From IMG/VR virus record IMGVR_UViG_3300009703_000004: a stretch of DNA of 35,728 nt; one strand, 5' to 3'. Position 1 is the stretch's first letter. The number at the start of each line of letters is the position of its first letter. The position numbers and the translations under genes are program-made. Below are positions 1-8,271 of this stretch, piece by piece. This DNA is from a virus. The notes under the pieces were generated by a model. It was not told where the DNA came from. It saw nothing but the letters and a program-made list of their open reading frames with translations, and did no database searches.

Positions 1-123
1 ATACCACAAAACAAAGGAGATGATATTGATATTCCCTTCTAAGACATGGACTAAAATATTAAAAAAACATAGAGCAAGAACTAATATGTCTTTGGTTAAG
101 CTTAGTAACTTAACTGGTATAAG
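1..123. repeat. Terminal direct repeat, left copy; most likely the assembly overlap of a circular or circularly permuted genome
   Basis: Read directly: bases 1-123 (ATACCACAAAACAAAGGAG...GGTATAAG) recur exactly at 35606-35728. The repeat lies inside coding sequence (3' end of SSB, 5' end of XRE gene). Confidence 0.9.
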
Positions 124-352
124 TAAGAATACTCTTATTAATATAGAGAAAGGAGATACTACTATACAGTTTAAGACATTAGAAAAATTAGAAATGTATT
201 TTGCTCCACAAATTATGTTTGAAGAGTTAGAGTCTATATCAAAAATGTATGGTAAAAAACCAGAGATAAAAGATTTTTACTATAAAGAAGGAGCAGACTC
301 TAACGTATTGTATTTAAAGAATTGCCTACCAAAGATGGCTGAAGAGAAATAA
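20..352 (+). CDS. XRE-family helix-turn-helix transcriptional regulator
   Basis: ORF track. ILKKHRARTNMSLVKLSNLTGISKNTLINIEKG fits the Cro/CI-XRE HTH pattern. The start overlaps the SSB stop once the genome is circularised. Confidence 0.7.
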   Translation: MILIFPSKTWTKILKKHRARTNMSLVKLSNLTGISKNTLINIEKGDTTIQFKTLEKLEMYFAPQIMFEELESISKMYGKKPEIKDFYYKEGADSNVLYLKNCLPKMAEEK

Positions 353-441
353 GGTTTCTGTTTTTCTTTCCTTTATTCTTTTAAATAATCTTTGGATAGA
401 TAGCTAATGAGATTCTCCTTTCATCAAAGAGCTATCAAGAT

Positions 442-477
442 TATAGTAGGAGTAGTTTTATTCCTTCTCCTACTATA
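442..477. terminator. Hairpin between convergent genes (putative bidirectional terminator)
   Basis: TATAGTAGGAG (442-452) pairs perfectly with CTCCTACTATA (467-477), 14-nt loop. It lies between the end of the + arm (352) and the end of the - arm (473). There is only a weak T-rich tail on the + side. Confidence 0.4.
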
Positions 478-1522
478 GCTTACTTCTTTTCCATGTAAGA
501 TATTCAGCTGATTCTTTTACATCAGCAAACATTTGAATAGATGCAGGGCCTTCTACATCTGGATCAAAAATAGCTACAACACTAGCACCATGCTCTTGTT
601 CTTCTAAGCCTAATACATTAGCATAGTTATCAAAATATTTATACCCTCTTGCTCTACTTGCCCAATATGTTTTCTTATTGTCTGCATCTTCTACATGATA
701 CAAACCCCAATTATGTTTATGACCTGCAACATATACATCTGCTTGACCAGTAAACTTACCTTTCTTCATAGGCCCATGCAAAGGATTATATATAGAATGA
801 CCATGAAAATCATGAGCTACCCATACTTTAAACTCTTTTTTATTAGGGCATACAATTCTAAATCTTGCTTGCCAATCTTGCATAGGTACTGCACCTTTAT
901 ACATAAACTCTAGTACATCATCATTACCAGACCATACATCATGGTTACCTTTAATAAGTAAGAACCAATCAACAGATTTAAAAAACCAATCAACTAACTT
1001 CCATGTCTGTGGTCTAGTAGTTTCTTCTAATGGGGCCATGTTTTGTGCTAACCTACCTGCCCAATTATTAGTATAGTCGCCCATACCGATACCATATAAG
1101 CCATCAGTATTATTAACAATATTAATATGCTCTCTAAGTAATTTAACATTACAGCCTTCATCTCCTATATGTGGATCGCCAAAGAAACATAAACCAAATG
1201 GCCCTGCTTGTTTCATCTTATAAGGAAACCAAGTAATACTTTCTTTCTTTTTATGTAATCTATCAAATCTTTTTTCTGCTCTATCTAATAAAGATTCTAC
1301 ATCTAATTCAGAAGAAAGAATTTCTGGTGGTTCATAAGATTTATTTTTTTTTACATAAGGTATAGGTACATAACCCAGACTTCTCCAATTATATATACTA
1401 TATTTAGGTATATTTAATTTTTCTGCTATTTCTTTTACTGAAATGTTTTGTTCTAATAATGCAGTTACATCTTCTAGTAACTGTTGTTTAGGTTTTTCTC
1501 TAGGCATCACATAACTTTTCAT
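473..1522 (-). CDS. Calcineurin-like metallophosphoesterase with N-terminal HTH-like segment
   Basis: Metallophosphatase motifs occur in canonical order: GDPHIGD, GMGDYTNN, GNHD, AHDFHGH, GHKHNWG. The N-terminus NISVKEIAEKLNIPKYSIYNW looks like an HTH. An alternative start (MPREK) at 1507 would remove the overlap with the upstream ORF. Confidence 0.8.
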   Translation of the reverse strand: MKSYVMPREKPKQQLLEDVTALLEQNISVKEIAEKLNIPKYSIYNWRSLGYVPIPYVKKNKSYEPPEILSSELDVESLLDRAEKRFDRLHKKKESITWFPYKMKQAGPFGLCFFGDPHIGDEGCNVKLLREHINIVNNTDGLYGIGMGDYTNNWAGRLAQNMAPLEETTRPQTWKLVDWFFKSVDWFLLIKGNHDVWSGNDDVLEFMYKGAVPMQDWQARFRIVCPNKKEFKVWVAHDFHGHSIYNPLHGPMKKGKFTGQADVYVAGHKHNWGLYHVEDADNKKTYWASRARGYKYFDNYANVLGLEEQEHGASVVAIFDPDVEGPASIQMFADVKESAEYLTWKRSKL

Positions 1523-1715
1523 ACACAGTATTGTGTATTAATAAATCTTTAGAAAGATTATCGCTTATAACATCAACATCACCTTCATCTAATAGAATAG
1601 GTGATGCTATGTTACAATAATTATTTCCTGATATACTTCCGCAACTTACTACGAGTAGACTTGTTGCTATTACTATCAAGATTTTCTTTAACCATCTTAG
1701 CAAGGTGTATGTCAT
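1500..1715 (-). CDS. Small lipoprotein (outer-membrane spanin-like candidate)
   Basis: N-terminus MTYTLLRWLKKILIVIATSLLVVSC|GS is a basic n-region, hydrophobic core and lipobox-like VVSC. It overlaps the preceding 67-aa ORF by 95 nt out of frame. Confidence 0.45.
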   Translation of the reverse strand: MTYTLLRWLKKILIVIATSLLVVSCGSISGNNYCNIASPILLDEGDVDVISDNLSKDLLIHNTVYEKLCDA

Positions 1716-1824
1716 CTAACTGGTCTTTCATTATATCTCTTTCTACACTTTTCTTCACAATTAAATACCCAGCTATCTTGCTAAATACTTTTAATATAGT
1801 AGAAAAAGCAGATAAGAAACCCAT
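1621..1824 (-). CDS. Hypothetical small protein with hydrophobic/amphipathic N-terminus and charged C-terminus
   Basis: ORF track. The start is coupled to the upstream stop (TAATG at 1822-1826). Its 3' part overlaps the lipoprotein ORF. Confidence 0.4.
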   Translation of the reverse strand: MGFLSAFSTILKVFSKIAGYLIVKKSVERDIMKDQLDDIHLAKMVKENLDSNSNKSTRSKLRKYIRK

Positions 1825-2030
1825 TAATCGTCTGCGTTTTTATTCTTTAGAACATTACCAGCTAATATATTTAAAACTTTAAGCAGCATGTTTACAATTT
1901 TATTGTCTGCTTTTGTAGGAGTTAAAGCTGTAACAGCAGTCGCTCCACCAACCACAGAAAGCAACGCACTTACCCATGCAGGATAGTTGTTTATAATTCC
2001 CATGATTAAACTAGGTGTTTGATCTTCCAT
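1824..2030 (-). CDS. Small membrane protein (holin-like candidate)
   Basis: Hydrophobic segment AWVSALLSVVGGATAVTAL followed by amphipathic IVNMLLKVLNILAGNVL. Its position is in the small-membrane-protein cassette after the fibre genes. Confidence 0.4.
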   Translation of the reverse strand: MEDQTPSLIMGIINNYPAWVSALLSVVGGATAVTALTPTKADNKIVNMLLKVLNILAGNVLKNKNADD

Positions 2031-2078
2031 AAGATTATCCTTAGTTAGTTAAAAAAAATTACTACGTTAAATATAACT

Positions 2079-2303
2079 TCATATATATGGTTTGACAAGT
2101 AATAATAGAACACTTAACCCTACACCAGATATTAGAAACCATGCTACTCTTTCCCACCTAATAGAATGATTATCTAATTTTTCTTTAATATGTTTTAATT
2201 CTACTGTAGCTTCTGACCATCTCTGACTACAATCTTTCTCATGTCGTTCTATTTTTTTTAATGCTTCAATAGCAATTTGGGTAGGAGTCATCTTATCTTT
2301 CAT
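2079..2303 (-). CDS. Small C-terminally anchored membrane protein
   Basis: Charged helical N-terminus and C-terminal TM VAWFLISGVGLSVLLLLV. ATGA coupling to the upstream ORF at 2303. Confidence 0.45.
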   Translation of the reverse strand: MKDKMTPTQIAIEALKKIERHEKDCSQRWSEATVELKHIKEKLDNHSIRWERVAWFLISGVGLSVLLLLVKPYI

Positions 2304-2701
2304 TAGTGTAATCCATTCCCATTTTTTCTAACTTTTTCTTTTAGTTGTTCTACATCTTCTTGTATCTTTTCTACTTGTCCATGTAAGAATTGTAAGTTTA
2401 CTTTATTGTGCATACCATCTTCTAATAATTTTTCATGTTTAGTAGTAACACTTGTTAAATGTTCTATTAACATAAATTGTTTAGCATCATCAGGTAAAGA
2501 ACCTAGTTCACCTCTCGGCCAAAGAATTCTAAAGTTAGTATTTTTTTCTATATCAGAATTAACAAGTTTATAATTTGTTTCTATATTGTTAAGACGTTCT
2601 ACAATACCAAAATATGCCCATACTGCTACAGCAACAGCTATAACAATACTTAAAATATTTCTAATACTAAGATCAACTCCAGTATCTTCTCTTATTTTCA
2701 T
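2303..2701 (-). CDS. Type-II membrane protein with coiled-coil-like ectodomain (i-spanin-like candidate)
   Basis: N-terminal TM ILSIVIAVAVAVWAYFGIV, then heptad-like charged sequence (LQFLHGQVEKIQEDVEQLKEKV). ATGA coupling at both ends. Confidence 0.45.
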   Translation of the reverse strand: MKIREDTGVDLSIRNILSIVIAVAVAVWAYFGIVERLNNIETNYKLVNSDIEKNTNFRILWPRGELGSLPDDAKQFMLIEHLTSVTTKHEKLLEDGMHNKVNLQFLHGQVEKIQEDVEQLKEKVRKNGNGLH

Positions 2702-2943
2702 CAGATAGTTCCTTCAACAGTAGGTGGTGTATAGCCATATCTATTTTCCCATACCTCTTTTTGCACACATAACATATGCCATTTAGCATCATCTGGTCTA
2801 CCTGCTTTAGTAGATTCATATATGCTTACTAATGTTTCATAACATTTTTCTATAGGGATTGGTTCAGAAACTTTGTATTCAATGTTATCAGGAGATGTGC
2901 AAGTAAGAGAAAGACAATACATTATGATAGCTAAGTATTCCAT
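2701..2943 (-). CDS. Small secreted or membrane-anchored Cys-containing protein
   Basis: Hydrophobic N-terminus MEYLAIIMYCLSLTC. Coupled start and stop. Confidence 0.4.
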   Translation of the reverse strand: MEYLAIIMYCLSLTCTSPDNIEYKVSEPIPIEKCYETLVSIYESTKAGRPDDAKWHMLCVQKEVWENRYGYTPPTVEGTI

Positions 2944-3056
2944 TAGAAAACTAAACTATATAAAGTATAAAAAACACAAATAACAAATAAAATTTTAGTT
3001 ATTAATTTTCCTAAATGTGCAGTTTTACTTCCACATTTACAAAACAATCTTTCCAT
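2943..3056 (-). CDS. 37-aa tail-anchored membrane peptide (below the ORF-track size cut-off)
   Basis: Own translation: MERLFCKCGSKTAHLGKLITKILFVICVFYTLYSLVF. A strong SD, TAGGAGGTAACTATG, overlaps the fibre stop. TAATG couples it to the next ORF. Confidence 0.5.
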   Translation of the reverse strand: MERLFCKCGSKTAHLGKLITKILFVICVFYTLYSLVF

Positions 3057-3065
3057 AGTTACCTC

Positions 3066-4457
3066 CTAATAATTTAAAGATGCACCGTCTAGTCTTGTTT
3101 CTTTAGTACCAGATTGATTAGCCCATTCTACTTTGTATTTCATTTGAGTACCAGTATTAGATATAGTTACTTTGTCTGATACTGCTACTTTAATTCCAGT
3201 TGAAAAAGTAGGACCAGCAGATAAAGTTACTTGTGTCCAATTAGAACCATTGTCAGCACTTACATAACCTTTTAAATCTGTATTAAGTGTAGCTGTTCCA
3301 GCATTATCAGCATATGTTAATACTAAAGATGCAGAAGATACTGTACCACTAGCTGTACTTGCAGTTGATATTAAACTACCTGTTGCACTTGGAGTTGCCG
3401 CTTCATAGTAAGCCCAAATTCTTATTGTCCAATTTGTTCCACCATCTATCCAACCTTGTCCAGCATGGTATAAGCCAGTAGAAGTTAATGTTGTAGAATC
3501 CCAAGACGCATTTTTAGTCATGCCTTGGTCTGAACCCCAAGAATCACTATTACTATCTCTTTTAAAAGATGTAATAGTATTTTCATCTGATGCTGGGTCA
3601 TAAATAATTTTACATTGTTTACCTACACCTCTAAAACCAGAGTTAAATGATGCTGATGCACCAGCCCATTTTGCGTTCATGGGATAATTAGTATTAACAT
3701 TATCATTTTTATTAAAACCATAACGCCAATTTGGACCACTAGATGTATTGTTAGTTATAATCTCTTGTATGATTGTATGCCTACCACCATTTTGATATGT
3801 AGTATCAGCATCAAGCGCCCACCAACCAGAACCAGTAGCAGATGTTGTCCAATCAGCATAAGCATAACTAGTACCTCCAGAATCATATGCTCCAGAACCA
3901 GTTGTATTTGTAAATGTTAAAGTTGCACCATTATCTTGACCAGCAGTATGTGGTCTATAATATGTAGCTGAACCATAAGTAGGAGTACATTTAACAAATT
4001 CACCAACTTGTCTAGCAGTATTAGTAGCTGTACCAATACCAGAAGAATCTTGGAAGGTATCTATAAAACTATTATTAAGATTGTAAGCATTTAAATTTTC
4101 AGTAACACTATCTCTTAAAGCTAGTATAGCTACTGCTTTAGTAAGAGGATTTAAATCTGTTGTTGCTGGAGGAGCAACAGTAGTCCATGTTGGAGCAGAT
4201 GCACCACCATTCATTTGTAAAGTTTGACCAGCAGTACCTTTAGCTAACTTAACTAATGTAGTAGCACCACTAGCATATAATAAATCACCAGCAGTAAAAC
4301 CAGTTAATCCAGTACCACCACTTGCTACTCCTAATCCACTAGCTACTGTAAGTGTAACTCCACTAGGCAATGATATTGTATCACCACTATCTCCTATTTG
4401 TGTAGTGTTTGCTGAACCATCAGCAGGAGATATTTTATCTACTTTTACTTCACTCAT
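3066..4457 (-). CDS. Tail fibre / receptor-binding protein
   Basis: N-terminus (KVDKISP...GDTISLPSG...ASGGTGLTG) is related to the 211-aa ORF and to common phage fibre N-termini with a GGTG motif. The C-terminus is Thr/Ser/Gly/Asn-rich. Confidence 0.65.
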   Translation of the reverse strand: MSEVKVDKISPADGSANTTQIGDSGDTISLPSGVTLTVASGLGVASGGTGLTGFTAGDLLYASGATTLVKLAKGTAGQTLQMNGGASAPTWTTVAPPATTDLNPLTKAVAILALRDSVTENLNAYNLNNSFIDTFQDSSGIGTATNTARQVGEFVKCTPTYGSATYYRPHTAGQDNGATLTFTNTTGSGAYDSGGTSYAYADWTTSATGSGWWALDADTTYQNGGRHTIIQEIITNNTSSGPNWRYGFNKNDNVNTNYPMNAKWAGASASFNSGFRGVGKQCKIIYDPASDENTITSFKRDSNSDSWGSDQGMTKNASWDSTTLTSTGLYHAGQGWIDGGTNWTIRIWAYYEAATPSATGSLISTASTASGTVSSASLVLTYADNAGTATLNTDLKGYVSADNGSNWTQVTLSAGPTFSTGIKVAVSDKVTISNTGTQMKYKVEWANQSGTKETRLDGASLNY

Positions 4458-4466
4458 TATTTACTC

Positions 4467-4811
4467 CTATGGTTTAGTAGGAAATGCAAACCCATCTGCT
4501 TCCATGTCTTGATGTGTTTTAGTTATATCTCTTAGCTCTTGTCTATAAGTTTTCATTTCATCAGACATAGTTACATCTGATAAAGCATAAAAATCTGTTT
4601 CTGCTAATAAAATATTTCTTTGCCACCTTAATTCTTGTAGCTTTTGTTCAGCAGTTTTACTAGGTGGAGTATCTTCTTTCCACGTTAGCCCTTCTGCTTT
4701 TTTAGTGTCGTCATTCCAAACGTTAAACCAATTTCGAGGAGCTGTTCTTCCATCGGAATACTTAAATCCTTTGCTTGTATCTACGTCTGAACCGTCTAAT
4801 TGCCATGCCAT
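4467..4811 (-). CDS. Tail fibre assembly chaperone-like protein
   Basis: RWQRNILLAETDFYALSDVTMSDEMKTYRQELRDIT fits the pattern of phage tail-assembly chaperone families (R..R..LL..tD ... yRq.LRDi). It sits between fibre genes. Confidence 0.55.
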   Translation of the reverse strand: MAWQLDGSDVDTSKGFKYSDGRTAPRNWFNVWNDDTKKAEGLTWKEDTPPSKTAEQKLQELRWQRNILLAETDFYALSDVTMSDEMKTYRQELRDITKTHQDMEADGFAFPTKP

Positions 4812-4821
4812 AATTTTACTC

Positions 4822-5670
4822 CTATGTTGTTATGCCAGTTATTGGGAATACACTTGTATCTGTTGATAATGCAAAATTAGAATCCCCACCATTCCAATTA
4901 GAAAGTGAACCACTATTGTGAGAACTATCTGTAGCACTATTATGTGTTTTACTTGCAGTTGTACCATTAGCACCAAACAACCAAATACCATTAGCTTCAC
5001 TAGCATTTTCTGGGTTTGCTCTTTGTGTATCTAATACTGTTCCACTACCATCTATATCCATAAAGTCTATAGGTGTTCCATCTGAATTAATAAATTCACT
5101 TATTGTTCCCGGACTTTCCCCAGTTACTACTGCAAATTGAGCAACATAAGTAGGCCCTTTTTGTGACCAAGAAGGACTACCAGTTAAACTACTTATATTA
5201 CTATCCCATCCAGAATGATAACCCCAATAACCAGAGAAAATATCTGTGTAATCATTTTCAGCATGGTCTAACATTTTTGTACCATCTATATAAACTTTAA
5301 TATTAGCATTGCCTGGACTTATCATACAAAAATGATGCCAAGTATTAGTTGCTCTTTGTGCTGTACTTAATTGACTAGATGATTTTACATTGTGATACAT
5401 ACCATTATTATATTTTACCCAATGATAAACATATCCATCTCCACCTACCCACATTCCAGTATGGTCTTGACTACCATGAAAATTACCCCACATCATAGTA
5501 CCAATAGTATTGGCGTAATCATTTCTATACCAAAAAGATATAGTACATCTTTTATTTAAATAATAACTAACAGCAAAATGTCCTCTACCATTACTACTAG
5601 CACTGTATATTCCAGCATCTAAAAATCCTCCTGCAGATGATGCGCCTAATATACCTCCGTTACTTATCAT
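4822..5670 (-). CDS. Concanavalin-A/LamG-like lectin-fold fibre-associated protein
   Basis: CTISFWYRNDYAN ... WHHFCMISPG ... IKVYIDGTK resembles the LamG jelly-roll pattern. Located in the fibre cluster. Confidence 0.45.
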   Translation of the reverse strand: MISNGGILGASSAGGFLDAGIYSASSNGRGHFAVSYYLNKRCTISFWYRNDYANTIGTMMWGNFHGSQDHTGMWVGGDGYVYHWVKYNNGMYHNVKSSSQLSTAQRATNTWHHFCMISPGNANIKVYIDGTKMLDHAENDYTDIFSGYWGYHSGWDSNISSLTGSPSWSQKGPTYVAQFAVVTGESPGTISEFINSDGTPIDFMDIDGSGTVLDTQRANPENASEANGIWLFGANGTTASKTHNSATDSSHNSGSLSNWNGGDSNFALSTDTSVFPITGITT

Positions 5671-5678
5671 ATTTTTTC

Positions 5679-6314
5679 CTAACTAAAATCTGCTTGAGGA
5701 GCTAAAAGAAGTATAGAGTTATCTGCTTTTACAACATACCCTACAACATCATATTTTGAATTAGTAGCTGTTAAAGCTATACCACCACCAGCAGGACTTT
5801 CATAATCAGTACCTAAAGTAAGAGTTGCCGCACTTCCAGAAGAAGGCTGAATAAATATTATCCAACCAGTTTGTCCTACTTGTGATGCTTCTGTTGATGG
5901 ATTAGCTAACGAATTTGCACCAGCAGATAATGTAATTATAAAGTTTTGATATGTATCAAAGTCTAAAGTTAATCCAGTACCAGTATATGTTGATGCTATT
6001 TGCGATTTTGTAAATGTTTGTTGAACATCTGTTTTAGCTGTATCAGAATCAAAAGCTTGAATATCACTGCCTATTGCAACACCGAGAGCTGTCCTTGCCG
6101 CACTTGCTGACGTTGAACCAGTACCACCTTTAGCTACTGCTATAGTATCACCAGAACTTACTAATCCAGTTGCAGTTCCAGCTACATTTATTGTTGCTCC
6201 AGAAGGAACAGATATTGTAGCACCACTTGGAACAGTAACAGTATCTCCACTTACTCCTAAATTCATAGCATTACCAGTTCTTGCTATGACATCATCTACT
6301 TTTAATGTACCCAT
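5679..6314 (-). CDS. Tail fibre-like protein
   Basis: MGTLKVDDV...GDTVTVPSGATISVPSGATINV...KGGTGSTSASAARTALG is a typical fibre N-terminal motif and resembles the N-terminus of the 463-aa ORF. Confidence 0.6.
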   Translation of the reverse strand: MGTLKVDDVIARTGNAMNLGVSGDTVTVPSGATISVPSGATINVAGTATGLVSSGDTIAVAKGGTGSTSASAARTALGVAIGSDIQAFDSDTAKTDVQQTFTKSQIASTYTGTGLTLDFDTYQNFIITLSAGANSLANPSTEASQVGQTGWIIFIQPSSGSAATLTLGTDYESPAGGGIALTATNSKYDVVGYVVKADNSILLLAPQADFS

Positions 6315-6323
6315 GTTTTACTC

Positions 6324-8225
6324 CTAAAGTACGACTAGTGTGCCTTGCACATCTAGAACTGTTGAACCAGCTACAGCTAATGGCCCTGCTACTAAACCAT
6401 TTTCTGTACTAGCTAAAGTTAAAGTACCAGAATAACTTAACGTAGCACTATGTACTCTTATAATATCATTGGCATCACTACCTACTTCTCCGTCATTACC
6501 TAAGTAATTTCCTCCACCAGCTACTTCACTAAAAGATATAACTCCAGAACCATTAGTTACTAAAGCCTCTCCAGAATTACCATCTGCTGTTGGCATACTT
6601 AATCCATCTAATACTACTTTACCAGAACCATTAGGTGTTATTGCTATATTACCATTAGATACAGATACTATACTATTACCATTAACATCTAAATTTCCCC
6701 CTAATTGAGGGCTTCCGTCTTGTACTACATCTGTTAATGAACCTGCTACTATAGATTGCCAAGCAGAGCCATCATAATACTTTAAAGCATTAGCAGTAGT
6801 ATTAAATGCTAAATCTCCTTCATCTAAAGATGATGATGGGTCAGAACTATCTACTCTATATCTTTCTGCAAAACTATTTACTCCAGCTATATTAGTAGCT
6901 ACTGTTCCTATATTAGTATTAGCACCTGCTACTGTGTTAATATTTGTTGCATTTCCAGCAACAGCATTAATGTTTGTTGCATTACCAGCTACAGCAGTTA
7001 TGTTACTGTTAGCTCCTGCAACTGTACTTATATTACTATTATTACCAGCAACAGTAGCTATATTTCCTACAACACCACTTGCTCCAAGTGTTGCCATATT
7101 GGTAACATTAGCAGAAGTACCGAGAATATTTAGGTCAGTAACTATATCACTTGTTGCTAAAGTGTTTAAATCAGAAACTATATCAGAAGTAGCTAAAGTA
7201 TTAATATCGCTTACTATGTCTGAAGTAGCTAGTGTATTTAAGTCAGTAACTATATCACTTGTAGCAAGAGTATTAAGGTCGCTTACAATATCTGTTGTTG
7301 CTAAGATTGCCATATCAGCAATAACATCAGCATTACCAAGCAGAGCCATATCAGCAATAACATCAGCATTACCTAATAAACCCATATCCGTTACAACAGC
7401 ACTTGTGCCTAGTAATCCCATAGCAGTTACATTAGCAGAAGTACCTAAATGTCCCATAGCTGTTACGTTAGCAGAAGTTGCTAATAAGTCCATGTCAGTT
7501 ACGATTGCTGAAGTACCTAATATTGCTAAATCTGCAACAGCATCAGAAGTACCTAATCGACCAATTTCTGTAGCTTTTCCAGCAACAACACCTATGTCAG
7601 TACCATCATTAGCCACAGTAGTTACATTAGAAGCAATTCCAGCAACAGTAGTTACATTACTTGCTATAGCTGTTACAGCAGTTACATCACTTGCTATTCC
7701 TGCTATTGTTGTTACATCTGTACTAGCTACTGTAGTTTCTACATTTCCACTAGTAGCATTAAAAGATAATACTTTGCCTTTTCTCGCATCTTTTAAAGGT
7801 AATGTTAAAGTAGCACTAGCATCTTCATCTGTTTGACGAATTGATCTAGCAATCTCATCTTCTCTTTCACCCATCATAGCTACTTGTTTATCTAAATCTG
7901 TATTTAAACTAGCAATATTAAATGGCCCAGAACTAGGAAAGTCAGTAGTTCTTTTAACAGCTATATCTCTTACTATAGTTATTGTATCACCACTAGAAGC
8001 TCCACCAGAGCCAAGTGTTATATTACCCCCACCAGTTACCCCAGCATTACTTACAGAGTACTGTGTGCCACCTGAAGGGCTACTAGCATAGGTTAATAGT
8101 GTACTTCCGTTATATACTTTAACATCTGTTACATCAAATATTTCAAACGAATAAGCAAAAACAGTCTGCCCACTTGTAGCAGTGTATTGATTTCTAGGTG
8201 TTGTATCATTTACAAGTATAGCCAT
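6324..8225 (-). CDS. Tail fibre protein with long internal tandem repeats
   Basis: N-terminus TPRNQYTATSGQTVFAYSFEIFDVTDVKVY is a common podovirus fibre N-terminal pattern. The C-terminal part contains SPQLGGNLDVNGNSI. The central portion is 10- and 12-aa repeats. Confidence 0.75.
   Translation of the reverse strand: MAILVNDTTPRNQYTATSGQTVFAYSFEIFDVTDVKVYNGSTLLTYASSPSGGTQYSVSNAGVTGGGNITLGSGGASSGDTITIVRDIAVKRTTDFPSSGPFNIASLNTDLDKQVAMMGEREDEIARSIRQTDEDASATLTLPLKDARKGKVLSFNATSGNVETTVASTDVTTIAGIASDVTAVTAIASNVTTVAGIASNVTTVANDGTDIGVVAGKATEIGRLGTSDAVADLAILGTSAIVTDMDLLATSANVTAMGHLGTSANVTAMGLLGTSAVVTDMGLLGNADVIADMALLGNADVIADMAILATTDIVSDLNTLATSDIVTDLNTLATSDIVSDINTLATSDIVSDLNTLATSDIVTDLNILGTSANVTNMATLGASGVVGNIATVAGNNSNISTVAGANSNITAVAGNATNINAVAGNATNINTVAGANTNIGTVATNIAGVNSFAERYRVDSSDPSSSLDEGDLAFNTTANALKYYDGSAWQSIVAGSLTDVVQDGSPQLGGNLDVNGNSIVSVSNGNIAITPNGSGKVVLDGLSMPTADGNSGEALVTNGSGVISFSEVAGGGNYLGNDGEVGSDANDIIRVHSATLSYSGTLTLASTENGLVAGPLAVAGSTVLDVQGTLVVL
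6879..7724 (-). repeat. In-frame tandem repeat array inside the fibre gene (30-nt and 36-nt periods)
   Basis: Protein residues ~168-449: about four 10-aa units (TTVAGIASNV type), 14 units of 12 aa (LLGTSANVTAMG / TLATSDIVSDLN types), then six 10-aa units (TVAGNATNIN type). For example, the 28-nt CCATATCAGCAATAACATCAGCATTACC occurs at 7320-7347 and again at 7356-7383. Confidence 0.9.
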
Positions 8226-8271
8226 AATCTGTATTTAAACCCCCTTTTTATTTATAATGCTACGCACACAA

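Noticed and set aside
1-123. Interpreting the 123-nt end duplication as a biological direct terminal repeat
   Set aside because: It begins and ends inside ORFs (SSB and XRE) and carries no packaging-signal-like features. An assembly overlap of a circular map is the simpler explanation; it is kept as a low-interest finding pending read-level analysis.}
6934-7836. 300-aa ORF on the + strand antisense to the fibre gene
   Set aside because: It lies entirely within the tandem-repeat array. The repeat codons simply lack stops on the opposite strand. Its product is low-complexity (ATAL/VAKV repeats), it has no SD, and it is opposite in direction to the whole late arm.}
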